Assembly: GCA_964016885.1 (NCBI GenBank)
Contig: OZ024744.1
Span: forward strand, 43,710,001 to 43,774,000
Direction of reading: 5' to 3'
Origin: Eledone cirrhosa
Taxonomy: Eukaryota
DNA length: 64,000 nt
Position numbers and translations under genes: made by a program. Below are positions 1-13,189 of the stretch, piece after piece. Position 1 is the stretch's first letter; every line of letters begins with the position of its first letter. Below the pieces are notes generated by a model. It made no database searches. It was not told the DNA's origin and saw nothing but the letters and a program-made list of their open reading frames with translations.

Positions 1-1300
1 ATTAATTCGAGTTCGTTGAGGCCCAAAATTTCTACGAGAATATCGTCTCACTTACCCATCACTAGTCCCCTATAGCACGCTAACGTGGAATTCTTTGATA
101 CCACTTCGCACTCCATCAGAGTGATGCTGATAATCTCAATGTGTTTGATGTTCGACACAAATAACGTGATACAACCTTGAAAATGTACCCACAGAACTGG
201 CAATCGTGCCATTTGCAGTAGACGTCTGACAGAGGTCAGCAGACATGACTTGGCATGTAGGCGTATAACACTTAGGGCAAACTATGCTTACACAATGACG
301 TACCCCCCGGACAGTTATGTTGCCTCCCGTATCTTAGTGGTTGTTATTAGCTTTCCCAATACTCCGCCTCCATGGCTGAAAGCCAGGTAGGCTGTCAAGG
401 TCCATTCTGTGATCCGGCCCACCACGGCTCCCGAACAGTGTTGCTGAAAATTCGCACAAATCTACTTGGGATTGAGTACCATGCGACCCTCATGTTGTTC
501 CAAACACCGCATTCTGGCTCTTTTGCTACCTTGTGCCTCTGCTGCTCGAGTCTATTGAACGACTTTCGTCCTCTCCTGTCTAAGAGCCCATGTCCTCGTT
601 AGCGATTTCTTGATGCCATTGCATTGAAAGATTGTTCAGGACGTAATCTCGTTAATAGCACGTGAGTTTTGTTACATTTCCTTAACGCTTCTTCTTGTTT
701 TTTTAACTAGCTCACCCTCTAGTCTAGTTTCCGCAATCGTTTCTACTTTACTAAACCTAATCGATTGTACACTAATCGCCCTTTTTAGGGAAAACCACCA
801 ATTGTTGTGAAAGCCTGCTTAATTAATTCACCAATCTATTGGCAGTCAAGAAATCCATTCGGTACCTGCCTGAGGCTTTTACACCCCTTTCTGCTACATC
901 ATCACAGTCCAAAGCTGCGTCTAAGATACCGCTCCAATCGCGCACTAACACTAAAGAGAAATAAGTTTTGAGAAACGTCTCACGGAGCCTGGTGAAATCT
1001 AGATATTCGGCCCCTGTCGGGGTATAGACAAGCTTAAAGGCATACCGTTCACTGCTGGTCACATTTAGTACCACCATCTTACCTTCTGGGTCCTGGAAGT
1101 TTGTCCTTTTCGTGAGATCCAAGCCTTTCCGAAACAACAAGTGACTTATCCTCCAGATTCTGGACGGCTTGGAGATGTGTACACCTTGAAGCACCCATAA
1201 ATGAGTGCGAAGGCTCAAGCGGCGGAAATTTGGTGTCTTTTATGGTCACCACACTTATATTCAGTGACCTGGGGTCGTTGAATAGGTAGCCTTGTGTTTA
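1..1300 (-). pseudogene. Heavily decayed Tx1/L1-type LINE ORF2 (APE endonuclease plus deleted RT/C-terminal remnants)
   Basis: ORF 823-1218 (LLFRKGLDL..FQDPEGKMVVLNVT..ETFLKTYFSLVLVRDWSGILDAALDC) aligns by eye with the APE domain at 42812+ (VLFRRGLDL..FLDPEGKSVVLDVT..ETFLGTSRSLVLVGDWNGILDARWDC). Bases 30-90 resemble 34630-34690. Confidence 0.8.
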
Positions 1301-1809
1301 TGACTCTATAATTTGTGAAGGTTGTGTCTTTTTGTTGGCTTAGTATTTACTGTTGTTGCGGAGGCTGGATGACGATGCTGGTGCTTGTGATATCTGTTGT
1401 TGTGTCAATTGTGGTGCTGATAGCGCTGTTGTTATCTCAACTGCTTTTGTTGTTGATGTTTCAGCTGTTGTTATTATTGTTATAGGTACAGTTGTTGTTG
1501 TTGGTACTGTTGATGCTGCATATTTTTCTCGGATAAAGGAAGCGGTGGGTCAATCTTCACAGTGGACTCATCTGATAGCCGGTTACGTCCCGTAACAGTA
1601 GGTGTTCGATGTAAATCTACATGTCAGCAATACATGGATACTGGACGATTGCATGCTGGACGGTTTCGTCACTCTGAGAGCAGCTCGGACAGTTGTGATT
1701 TTTAGCATGTTCTGTTCTTCCTCGTGTTGTTATTTTTAGTGTTGGTGTTGGTGTAGATGTTGGTGAGCTGATTGTGGCCACCGGTTGTTTTGATGACTTT
1801 CTCTTGAAA

Positions 1810-2290
1810 TATTGATTTAGAATGCTGGGTGGGGGTGGTGTCTTTGTTTCCTTCGTTGCTTGTTATGGGCAGAAAGTCTTGAAGTGGGTTTTTGAATCAC
1901 GTGTGTGCACTTTGGACTTCTGTCCACAACGGTCAGGCGGAGGTGGGTTCCGTCCACATTGTCTATTATATCGAGTTTGGCTTCAGTATTTTCTCGATTC
2001 ATTTGAATAAGTAGATCCATCCCCGATCCTGACCAGTTTGATTTATTTTCACTTCTATAATGTGTGTGCTATCCTCAACGTCCATGTGGACAGCTGCCAC
2101 TAGCCATGGAATAGCTATTATATGCGGTACCTGGTTCATTCTGATATTTACGTCGGTGACAGAGTCAGTTCTTCACTCCTCAGTGGTACCAGGGAGTGTT
2201 GTCTGGCTTCCTCTTGAGTTTTCAAAAATACGTCTACCGTCCCAAATCTCCGGCCTCGAGCGAAGAGTTTTATGCAATTGAAAACCTTTT
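1810..2290 (-). pseudogene. Decayed Tx1/L1-type ORF1 fragment with a frameshifted zinc knuckle
   Basis: MDLLIQMNRENTEAKLDIIDNVDGTHLRLTVVDRSPKC../SKTHFKTFCP parallels MQMLIQTDQECIDAIPDIIDVEEGLQLPINVEGRRPKCSLCRSNGHLRAFC at 41.8-41.97 kb. Confidence 0.7.
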
Positions 2291-2679
2291 GGATCTGTGA
2301 CTCAGTTGTGCGTTCCCTCTAGGGTTACTTCAGTCAAAATTAACGGTATGTAAGTGTACAACATCTTACCTTTTCCAGCTCATCGGATGGAGATGTGAGC
2401 CTGATTATGCGACTTCTCGTTAACACCTGCTTAGCTTCCCTTATCTTATATTCGTTGACAGTTATTGTTTCCGTTTTGTTTTTTGTTGCACTTGCTAAGG
2501 TAACGACTGATTTTGAGAGATCATCTGTGTTGTGTTTTATTGGAAGGGGTCACACGCCGGGTCGCTATACGTCTTTGATAAATCTGCATTCATTTTTAAA
2601 TGTATATATATGTGACGTCCGAATGAGTATCCTCCACCTCCAACTATCTTACCCTATACCTCATGGTTCCATGCGACAA

Positions 2680-2950
2680 TATGGAGAATATATTGCCCCT
2701 GGGGACCCTGAAAGAGACGCGCTGGAACAGCCACTCAACCTCGCGCAGCTCGCACCTGCTGTCAGTGATCAGGGGTGTGGTCCGGGTACAAGAACGCTGG
2801 AAGACCCCCACTGCTACAGGCTCAACTACAAACCTATTTGAGAGTGGCCGATACCTGGACAGTTTGCTCTCTTCAGCCTGGTGGGCAGCAAAGCATGGGC
2901 TGGTAGCCGAACGGGCCAGTTTTCCGCTCGACAACGTGTCGCAGCATGTA
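2680..2950 (-). mobile_element. 3' fragment of a CRE-like non-LTR retrotransposon (restriction-like endonuclease)
   Basis: CCDTLSSG..AAHQAEESKLSRYRPLSNRFVVEPVAV..LFQRVSFRVPRGNIFSIL; homologous to 5980-6300. Confidence 0.7.
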
Positions 2951-3320
2951 TGAATTTTGTCAACTTTTATGTAAATTATATTGATGTTGCTTTTGTTACT
3001 GCTGCCACTGTTGTTGTTGTTTTGTGTTGGTCTCTGTATTTGAGTTGGTGATTGTGGTGGCGGTGGTGGTGACAATGGTTTATTTTCTTTTGTTTTCTAG
3101 TTGTTGTCGACAAAATGTCGCATGTTTTCTTTTTCTTGCAGTTTCTCGCTTTCACTGTTGGCGTAAATTGCAAATATAATTTCAAAATTTGGCTCTAAGA
3201 TCCAAATGGGGTTGCCTTTTCTGGGGGCAATGTATGGTGCCCAATTTACAGTTTGTAACAAACAAGGGAAATCAACAAATCTTATGGAGCAAATTATACG
3301 TGGTAAATTGAGAAACAAAT

Positions 3321-3517
3321 AATAATAATTGTTTCTACTTTTGGAACAAAGCCAGCAATTACTCCAGTGCATTACTGGTAATTTATTTTATCGACCTCGT
3401 AAGGATGAAAGGCAAAGTTACCCTCGGCGGGATTTGAACTCAGACCGTAAAGAGCCGTAACTCTATGCTGCAAAGCATGGTATTTGACTCTCTACCGATA
3501 CTACCAATCCACCACCC
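3321..3517 (-). mobile_element. tRNA-derived SINE, copy 1
   Basis: Minus strand has an A-box-like TGGTAGTATCGGTAG, a B-box GAGTTCAAATCC, a conserved body GCCTTTCATCCTTACG..GTCGATAAAATAAA and an (ATT)n tail. Five copies occur in the window. Confidence 0.88.
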
Positions 3518-3518
3518 T

Positions 3519-3712
3519 TATAATAATAATTGTTTCTACTTTTGGCACAAGACCAGCTATTACCCCAGTGTATTACTGGTACTTTATTTTATCGACCCCG
3601 TAAGGATGAAAGGCAAAGTTAACCTTGGCGGGATTTGAAATCAGAATGGCAAGTCCGTAACTATGCGTCAAAGCATGGCGTGCGACCCTCTACCGATACT
3701 GCCAATCCACCG
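3519..3712 (-). mobile_element. tRNA-derived SINE, copy 2 (head-to-tail with copy 1)
   Basis: Direct repeat of 3321-3517 with the same boxes and tail. Confidence 0.88.
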
Positions 3713-3742
3713 TGATGAGATATCAATAGTAAAGTAACTTAC

Positions 3743-4079
3743 CCTTATATTCTTTATAGTATGTCCATGGTGTGGTGCTGTCCTCTACAGTTACTTTATC
3801 TTTCCAATCATGAAATACTTCACACTGTTTATCGTGAAATGTAAAAAAACTGCAATCCACTAGAGATGCACAATATTGTGTACAAACTATCCGACTAGGA
3901 GTGCTTACTGGTGGAAGCACATGTTCAGCTCCACTATCAAGTACTATATTTTTACCACCTGGTAACTTGATAAATTTCTGAGTAAAATATTCGGTTCTAG
4001 CTATTGCCAGCATTAGACATATGAATATAAACATTATTTTTCTTTGATTCATGCACGTACATTGAAATAACTTTTCCAT
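3743..4079 (-). CDS. First coding exon of a host secreted protein: signal peptide plus PAN/Apple-like domain
   Basis: Hydrophobic IMFIFICLMLAIA followed by SRIVCTQYCASLVDCSFFTFHDKQCEVF (CxxxCx5Cx9C, PAN-like). Acceptor ttttattttttaag lies just before the ATG (exon starts 4081). A phase-1 donor AAGG|gtaagt follows 3743. No downstream exon was recognised. Confidence 0.75.
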
Positions 4080-5979
4080 ATCTTAAAAATAAAAACATAA
4101 ATGTTTAGTTATGATACAATACTATATGAGATATAAAGTATAGAATTAACTGAGATTAAGTAAATGTGGTATATACATTTATATATTTTTAGTATCTTGG
4201 TATGTAAACATACTAAGTATATGTGTTTCATGTCAATTAAATAAATGTTAAATATATTTAATCTAGATTTAGTTAGACTCTCATAAGACAGCAAGACCAC
4301 CATCTAAATAACCACAAGGAAATACGTATCAGAGGGTGTTATATACCCAATTATAGTAGTATCCTGAGTGAGGTTATATATCATTTATTCAATTTACAGA
4401 GAAAACCATATATTTGGTACATTTACTCAGTGACAGTTACCTTTAAACTGTATATATACAGATATATGTAGGATATGATCCCCTAACTCCCGAGAGGGGC
4501 ATAGGGGTGCCGTATTAACATATGACATTACTAGGACAGTATTTAAAACCTGGTGGAGCCCATCCCCTCTCCAGGATATACAGATATAACTTAATCATAT
4601 ATTGCGGTTATTTAGTGTCCAGTAGTATAGCTTAGTCTCCTGGTAGATAGCTATCTCTGACGTGTCACTAAAGTCTCGTATATTCCTAGGAGAGATACTA
4701 GAGAACCAGACAGATGTAGCTGGCTGCCAAGTTTGTGAAGTAAGTAAGCAATGTATAACTCTGCCTTTCTCACTCTTCAGATAGGGTGGAAGCAGTACTA
4801 TGTCTAAAACCACTTACTTTGTCAACATTTGAGGACACAGACAACACAAGTTCTCATAGGCTGTAGTAGAACGGCCATCACTCAAAGTTCGAAACGATGT
4901 AGAGTACCTACTAGAGACTTCCACTAACATCTTTTACCTGTCCTCTTGCCATTTATTCTTTATGCGTCTGTTGTTGTTTGATGCTGTGAGGAACTGGTTA
5001 CTAAACGTATTGTATAACCTACTGATAATGCATATAATATGGAGAAGGCTTGTGTATGACCAGCCACAAATTTTCTATCTTTGGTAGCATAGGAACAGTG
5101 CATGGTTATGCTATAGGAACACTTGAATAAGAATCATCATGCTTTATTGTCAAACATTTTAAAGACTCTGGTACTGCATCAACTCAAGATATAACCTGCT
5201 GTGAGAAGGACAACCAAAGATCAATATAGGGTATATTGGATGGTCATTGATTCTTGTGAGTGACTTCGGCCTTTGACGAGTTCTGTTTAATATCTCGCTG
5301 GGTACCCGAAATTTAACCTTATTACCAGGAACTGACAGAAAGATGTACACATATCCCCGTAAAACAAAGCACAGATAAGTTTTAGCAAAACAACATTCAC
5401 TACTAGAACCTGCAACAAGTATGACAAAGAGACACACTCGAAATAACAACAATTACAAGACCGACAAGAAGGTCAGTGATCATTTGAGGTACTAAAAACA
5501 GGTACTTTTGTTGACAAGCATATAAAATATGTACGAGTGTAACTGTGTGGTTGTACATCTGGGAGTCTACGTGATTTTTTAGCTAGCGTCAGTACTGATG
5601 TAGGATCTGTGAGTGAGAGGACTATATTCTTTGACATCTCCAACTGCCGTGATGTCGACCATAACACACACACACACACACCTCCCCCACACACACACCA
5701 CACACACACACACTATCACACACACACTCCTAAATAAATCGAGATGACTCATCACAAACCATACATTCTGTTTTCCCTTGAAAATTCTTCAGCTCAGCTA
5801 GATTTTCCTCACTACTTCAATACTGTAATATTTCACATCCATACCTACATCGATAACACACTCACACACACACGCACACACATACAGACACAAAGGTGCA
5901 AGAACACGCACGCACACACGCATACCCAACACACTAAAACATTTTTTTTTTAAAAACAATTTATTATCCTTTTCTCGGT

Positions 5980-6300
5980 ATGACCAACTTCCTCTTCCGC
6001 GGTGGCAAACCCCTCATCTGGGATGCTACTTGCACCGACACTTTCACCAGCGGCAACCTAGTGCAGTCTGCGACTAACCCAGGTTCTGCTGCACGTCGGG
6101 CTGAGGAAGCCAAGCTCTCTAAGTACCGGTCGCTCTCTGAGAGGTTCGTGTCGTACCCTTGGCCCTAGGGTTACCTCCCTACTCACCACCATAGGCGCTG
6201 AGCTGGCCAGCCGCAGATGTGAGCCTCGCGAGTTGGAATGGCTCTTCCAGCGTATCTCCCTTACCATCCTCCCTGAAAAACGCCTTCTCCATCCTGTTCG
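5980..6300 (+). mobile_element. 3' fragment of a CRE-like non-LTR retrotransposon (restriction-like endonuclease)
   Basis: GKPLIWDATCTDTF..AARRAEEAKLSKYRSLSERF, then WLFQRISL; a D..E..K..KY restriction-like endonuclease (REL) motif. Confidence 0.75.
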
Positions 6301-7229
6301 TCGGGCCTGTAGGGCGGCCAGCACGTGGGACCCCATTTGTTCACCATACAGAGAGATGGGGATGCGAGAGAGATGGAGGCGATGACAGTGGGAGTTCGGC
6401 TCTTCAACATTCGGACCATATCCTTGTGGTTGTATTCATCTCTCTGTACTTAATGAAGGAAATGGAGTGCTAATTACTTATCTGGTGAAAACGCACAAGA
6501 TGAGGGAAAAGGTAAATTATTTTCATATTATCTTGAATCTCTTGTGGGACGAAACACATTAAGCTCTGCTCATGGCCACTGATCTATTTACTGAAACGTC
6601 AATCACCTTAAGCACGCCTGTGACGAGATGGCTATTTCACAGCAGGTAGTTTTATCACATGCCTGGAATTAGAAGTTGAACCGGCAGGAACTCAGCCGTG
6701 TGGCCCGACCTAATATCTATATAGCTATAGATTAATAAACCCTGCAACGTCAAAGTTAGGACTAGCTAGTAAAAACGTTTTAAGAAACATCAATAGTTAT
6801 ATTATCAAAATCACCAATCTCTCACTGCAGAATAAAACAATATATCTCATCTCATGATTCACCGAAATCCCCTTTAAGAACAGCACCAAACTCATATAGT
6901 TTAATATTATAGATTTTTATCCCTCTATTTCTAGGACCCTTCTTAATAACACTTTAGATTTTGCTCGTTCTTTTGTATACACCAGCGACATGGAATACGA
7001 ACTTATATTCCATGACCGTTGAACCCTTCTATTTAGTAATGGTAACACATTGTTGGGTAACACATTCTAACACTGATGATACTTTTGACGTCTTCTTGGG
7101 GTCCTATGACAGTGCTATTCATTCTCAAAATCTATATTCCCCATCCACTCCATTAGTCTATAAAGTAACGATAAAATTTCGTTTTCTTATGATTGTAACA
7201 GACAAGCTATGGGCAGATTCATTATAAAT

Positions 7230-8560
7230 TTGTCACTTCGCGTGCACTAGGATTTAAAATTACGGTAGATACGAATCTTACTGAGGCAAACTTCTTTGGT
7301 GTAAACTTAGACCTAACCACAGCTTCGTATAAACCATACCATAAAATTAATGTAAAATTGAATTATATCAATAAAGCTTCATGCCTTCCCTGGTGTTTTT
7401 AAAAACCTAGTTTCAAATAGTAGTCCTAGTATCTCATATCTATCAGAAACTCGGGTTATTTTCGATAAGGCTGCGCCGTACTACAATCGGGCCCTCATAG
7501 ATTGTGGTGTTTAGAACAAAATTAAGTACACACCCCATCATTTCCAGCACAACCATACTAACAATGCTAACAGAAAATTAAAAGTTATCTTGTTAATACC
7601 CCCCACTTTCCTTTAAAGTCACGACTAGTGTAGGTAAGTAGTTTTTAGATTTTATAGATAGACATTTTCCAAAACAACATAAATACAGTAAAATATTCAA
7701 TTGTAATTTCATCAAGGTATCCCAATCAAATCCATTGTGTATGAGGCAGAGATTACACACGGCACGACGGAAAATTCTGAAGTTAGCGAAAAATACGACG
7801 GTATGGTGCAAGATCGTTTCAAACGACGTTTTTACTCGCATCCCCTCTTCTTCAGAAATCCTGATATGAGAACCAGTACAGCCCTGGCAAAAAAGTCAGG
7901 CAATTAAAATAGTTAGATGTCCCACATAAGATTACTTAGAAGATACTTGAAAGATACTTCCTTAAACCAATTGTACCATGAAATGACGTCTCTGTCTTAA
8001 TGAGAAATTTAGAATATTACATGGTTTTCATCTCCGAATAATAACTATTTGAACTGAAAAGCGAAATCTGTAGAGGATGCGCCTCTCTTAAAAGCCAACT
8101 GCTTGCTAAGAGGAAATACTAAAAAAAATTCTACTCACTTTCAACCATCTTAATTTGATTTACATATTTTCATATTATCTTCTGTTTATCTTTCTTTTTT
8201 TCAAATTTTCAAGGGTACATAATACTATTCTATACTTCTCTATCTCATACCTTAGTAAAAATTACCATCTCAATAATATATACCACGACATAATATCATA
8301 TTTCTTCTATAGACCGCGAATAACAACACCGGTAAGATTTCGCTATTTCAAATTTACAACTTGGAGATATTTCAATTTGTTATATTAGAGAGTTTCGTAA
8401 ACTAGCGTATCAGTCCCCATTACTTATAAGGTTATCTTATAAACTCATATAAGTGTCTGAAGATTAGGTCACAATTTTGATCTCTCTTATATTTTGGAGG
8501 TGTGGTTAATATTGGGCCTTGAAACATTAGGTTGCGCTTTTGTTTAACATAAATAAATGA
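7230..8560 (+). mobile_element. Decayed Penelope-like (Naiad-type) element: RT C-terminus/thumb, endonuclease remnants, 3' UTR and pseudo-LTR (pLTR)
   Basis: GFKITVDTNLTEANFFGVNLDLTTASYKPYHKIN..YINKASCLP, IFDKAAPYYNRAL, FIDRHFPKQHKYSKIFN. A hammerhead motif lies at 8451-8539. Confidence 0.8.
8451..8539 (+). ncRNA. Type I hammerhead ribozyme motif (PLE pLTR)
   Basis: Stem I aagtgt/gcgctt, core CTGAAGA (8457), stem II aggtc/ggcct, GAAA (8521), minimal stem III, GUU cleavage triplet. Confidence 0.7.
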
Positions 8561-8647
8561 TATAATATTTCAGCTCTTTTCTAGATTGAGCAGTTTTCCT
8601 ATTTCCTTTTTCATACATTCGTATATTTCTACAGAGAGAGAGAGGAA

Positions 8648-9007
<360 letters not shown>

Positions 9008-9048
9008 CATATACCTATTTCATACAACACTAATGATTCTACCAATTA

Positions 9049-11016
9049 CATCGTGTAACATATTTTTTGTTCCCCGGTTCTAAGTGTCATTTACTGGTTT
9101 GTTATATTTAAAAAAAACACTATTATTTAATCAGAAGTTTGGGTTTGTGGTCAGGAGTTTGATATTTCGAAATGTTCATATTTTTCAAGAAAAAACACAT
9201 TTTAAAAAAAATTTATCAGTTCATATAATTAAATCAACAGAGTATATATTTATTTTATTACACAAGCTTATCAAAAGCAAACAAGTAAAAACAAATAACA
9301 CTTATAAAGCAACTTATACACGTCAGAAATGACTGGATTTCCTGGATTTGCTGTTGTAGCCCAGGTCGCATTCCCACACTAGCCCCAGATATAGTCCCCC
9401 ATCATTTTTTCATTGTAGTGGCCCTGATACCTCCGCTCTATCTCATTCACATCTTGGTGGAGTCGTTCGCCTTGTTCTTCTGAGTAGGCGCCCATATTGC
9501 CCTTGAATTTTTCCAGGTGAGCGTCCAGCATATGGAGTTTAAGCGACATCCTGCATCCCATGGCGCCAAAAGCCTTTATCAGATCCTGCACCAGTTGCTG
9601 GTAGTTTTCAGCTCTGTAGTTGCCCAGGAAGCCCTTAACAACTGCCTTGAAACAGTTCCATGCTGTTCTCTCAATCCTATTGAGCTTATTGGAGAAATCG
9701 GTAGACTCAAACACCTTCTTTATCTGAGGTCCAACAAAAATTCCACCATTGATTTTGGCCACAGATAACTTAGGGAAGAACTCAAGAAGGTACTTAAATG
9801 TGGTTTATTCTTGGTTGAGAGCCTTCACAAACTGCTTCATCAACCCCAACTTAATGTGCAGTGGCGGCATGAGCACAATCCTGGGATCAACCAGTGGCTC
9901 CCACATGACGTTCCGGGTCCCAACTACAAATTCTGTTCGCTGCTCCCAGTTCTTTCTTTTGTAGTGGTCAGAGGTGGCTCTGCTGTCCCAAAGGCAGAGC
10001 AAGCATTGGAATTTGATAAAGCCTCCTTGGAGTCCAAGCAGGAAAGCCACCATCTTGAAGTTTCCAATGATTTCCCAATTGTACTGGTTGTATTGCAGAG
10101 CTTCCAAGAGGACTTTCACACTGTAGTAATCTTCCTTCAGGCAGACTGAATGAGCTAGGGGCAGTGTCGGCAACTTAATTCCATTGTGGAGGAGGACAGC
10201 CTTCAAACTTGTGGTGGAGCTGTCTATAAATAGTCGCCACTCCTTGCGCACAAACAGCACCCCAATAACGTCAAACACTCCAGGCACGTCACGACAGAAG
10301 CAGAGGCCATCCCTAAGAGTGTAAAAGCCTGACAAAGGTTCGTGTCAACTTTCTGACTTGTCACCTGCACTTCCTCCTTGAACAAGTTCCACTGCTTCAT
10401 CCTGCATTGGACTTGGTCAAACCCATATCCCTGACCAAGTCATTGACTTCTTTTTGGTTTGGGAAGTGAAGAACTTTTTCTGGTACCTCAGGCAGGTAAT
10501 CCAAGTCCTCAGCATCCATCTCCTCCTCTTCATCAGAATACTTGTCTAGGAAAATAAATTTGATATGCAATACAAAATAAATATTGGAAAGAGAAATACA
10601 TAATTAAATAATACAAAAGAACACTAATCATATTAATGAAAATTCGTGCTTAAAACACAACTTACCCCTTATTCAGGGTGCGAAAATCCAGTATCAATAA
10701 ATCTCTTTAGTCCACTTTTTAACAATTTTATACTTTAATGCACTTTTATAATTTTCTTTAGGTATTACTCTTTATTTTATTATTTTAAATTAAACTGAAA
10801 CATATATACAAAGAATCATTTAACATAAGACAATTAAACTTACATACAACGTAAAATCCAGCATACAAATAATTCTAGTGAATAGCTTAGAGTTTTTACA
10901 AACCCAAACTTTTAACTGTTTAATAGCACTTTTTTTATTTATTTGGGACCTAAGCAACACAAAAAAGTGATTACAAGCCAGGAACAGAGAAAACATTTTT
11001 TTTTTGTTACACGGTG
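9049..11016 (-). mobile_element. Chapaev3-type (CMC superfamily) DNA transposon, frameshifted and partly deleted
   Basis: Termini CATCGTGTAACA / TGTTACACGGTG with TTA on both sides (9046-9048, 11017-11019). Transposase motifs WRLFIDSS..LKAVLLHNG, PPLHIKLGLMKQFVKAL and SEEQGERLHQD..ERRYQG (ORFs 9379-9762, 9805-10335). Probable intron at ~10546-10665. Confidence 0.85.
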
Positions 11017-11050
11017 TTATCCACCTCTCATGTCAGTTGAATCAGTTTCA

Positions 11051-11238
11051 ATAATTGTTTCTACTATTGGCACAAGGCCAGCAATTATCCCAGTGCATTA
11101 CTGGTACTTTATTTTATCGACCATGTAAAGATGAAAAGCAAAGTCAACCGCGGCGGGATTTGAACTCAGACCATAAAGGGGCGTAACTCTATGCTGGAAA
11201 GCATGGCGTCCGACTCTCTACCGATACTGCCAACGCCC
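11051..11238 (-). mobile_element. tRNA-derived SINE, copy 3
   Basis: Same sequence family as 3321-3517. Confidence 0.88.
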
Positions 11239-11479
11239 TGATACATGTTGTACTCAATACATACAGGTTTCTATAAAATAACTTCCAGTAATACATTACA
11301 GTTTTTACAGTCTGTTTCACTTCAAGCAAAACCTTTCACTAGACACAGTAAGAGATTGTTGGGCTTCATTCTAGACTTCACCAATTTCAATTTATTATTA
11401 CTACCTTTAGGATATGTGAGGACATTTCAATTACTGGTATCATTATCAAATTAATTATTTCTATTATTACTATAGCAAT

Positions 11480-12650
11480 AAGTGGTGAGTTAGCAGATGG
11501 GATGTTGTACCTCTCTTGTTTGTAATTTGGAAGTTGTGATGTGGTACCTCTCTTTATTATGAGTTAATATATGAGATGTGATTCTCTTTGTTGTGAGATG
11601 GTGGATGTGATGATGTGGCTCTTTTTGTTGTAAGTTGGTGGATGTGATGCGGTACTTCTCTTTATTGTGAGTTGGCAGTTGTGATGTGATACTTCTCTTT
11701 ATTGTGAGTTAATATATGAGATGTGATTCTCTTGTTGTGAGATGGTGGAGGTGAGTGTTTACCTCACTTTGTTTTGAGTTGGTGGACGTTATGCTGTGTC
11801 TCTCTTTGTTGTGAGTTGGTAGATGTGATGTGATTATGTTTGTTGTAAGTTGGTGGATGTGATGTGGTACATCTCTTTGTTGTTAGTTTGTGGATGTGAT
11901 GCTGTGTCTCTCTTTGTTGTGAGTTGGTAGATGTGATGTGATTATGTTTGTTGTAAGTTGGTGGATGTGATGTGGTACATCTCTTTGTTGTTAGTTTGTG
12001 GATGTGATGCTGTGTCTCTCTTTGTTGTGAGTTGGTAGATGTGATGTGATTATGTTTGTTGTAAGTTGATGGATGTGATGTGGTACATCTCTTTGTTGTT
12101 AGTTTGTGGATGTGATGCTGTGTCTCTCTTTGTTGTGAGATAGTGGATGTGATGTGGTACCTCACTTTGTTGTGAGTTAGTGGATGTGATGCTATGTGTC
12201 TCATTGTTGTTATATGGTGGATGTTGTGTCTCTTTTGTTGTGAGTTGTTGGATGTGATGCGGTATCTCTCTTTGTTGTTAGTTAATATATATAAGATGTG
12301 ATTCTCTTTCTTGTGAGTTGGTGGATGTGATGTTGTACCTCTGTTTGTTGTGAGTTGGCAGAGGAGATGTACCTCTCTATATTGTAAATTGGCAGATGCG
12401 ATAGAGTAACACTCTTTGTTGTGAGATGGCAGATATAACAGAGTTACTCTCTCTGTTGTGAGATGGCAGATGTAACAGAATAACTCTCTCTGTTGTGTGT
12501 TACCAGATGTGGCAGAGTAACTCTCTATGTTGTGAGTTACCAGATAAGACAGTGTTACTCTCTCTGTTGTGTGTTAACAAATGTGATAAAGTAACTCTCT
12601 ATGTTGTGTGTTACCAGATGTGGCAGAGTAACTCTCTGTTGTGAGTTGGT
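11480..12650. repeat. ~36-37 bp minisatellite with an internal 108-bp trimer repeat
   Basis: Unit ~GATGTGATGnnnnnCTCTCTTTGTTGTGAGTTGGTG. The variant ctgtgtctctc recurs at 11794, 11902, 12010 and 12118. Confidence 0.9.
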
Positions 12651-13189
12651 CTCACCCTTAATCAGTGTAGCTTCAACAAAATAAATACCAAAAAAACATA
12701 CTGGTGTCACATAAATAAAACTAACGTGATGTTGGTGACTTTAAATCACAAATGATTTATAAGAGAATTACAGAAAACTACACTTAAAATCAAAGAATAA
12801 ATACAATAGCATGCAACTTACTTATATTTCAGTTGTATGCTTCTCTACTGAACTCCGGTCAACAGAAAATATTTTCATTAATATATAAACTTTGAAAGTT
12901 TACAGAAAATATAGGTTTATGTTTAAAAGTTTGCTAGCCAATGGCAGATCCAACATTTACTTATATGAAACTGTAGCAACTATCTAAACAGTACGGTGTT
13001 TATTGATTCAATTCAATTTTTCTAGCATCATAAACAATAACCATTCAACCGCAAAAATAGACGCTATGATCTTAAAAGTTAGGGTTAGAGAAAGGAAAAA
13101 TATTCTTACTTCTTTAAATCAATTTATAAGGGATGGAAGTTTTTAAACCCTTTAATGTCGTATAATGAAATTGGTATTGTTTTTGTTCA

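Noticed and set aside
3425-3517. tRNA gene
   Set aside because: The A/B boxes belong to a SINE head joined to a conserved body and tail; no complete cloverleaf.
11764-12204. 146-aa protein with 36-aa repeats
   Set aside because: Translation of the 108-bp minisatellite trimer; no independent support for coding.
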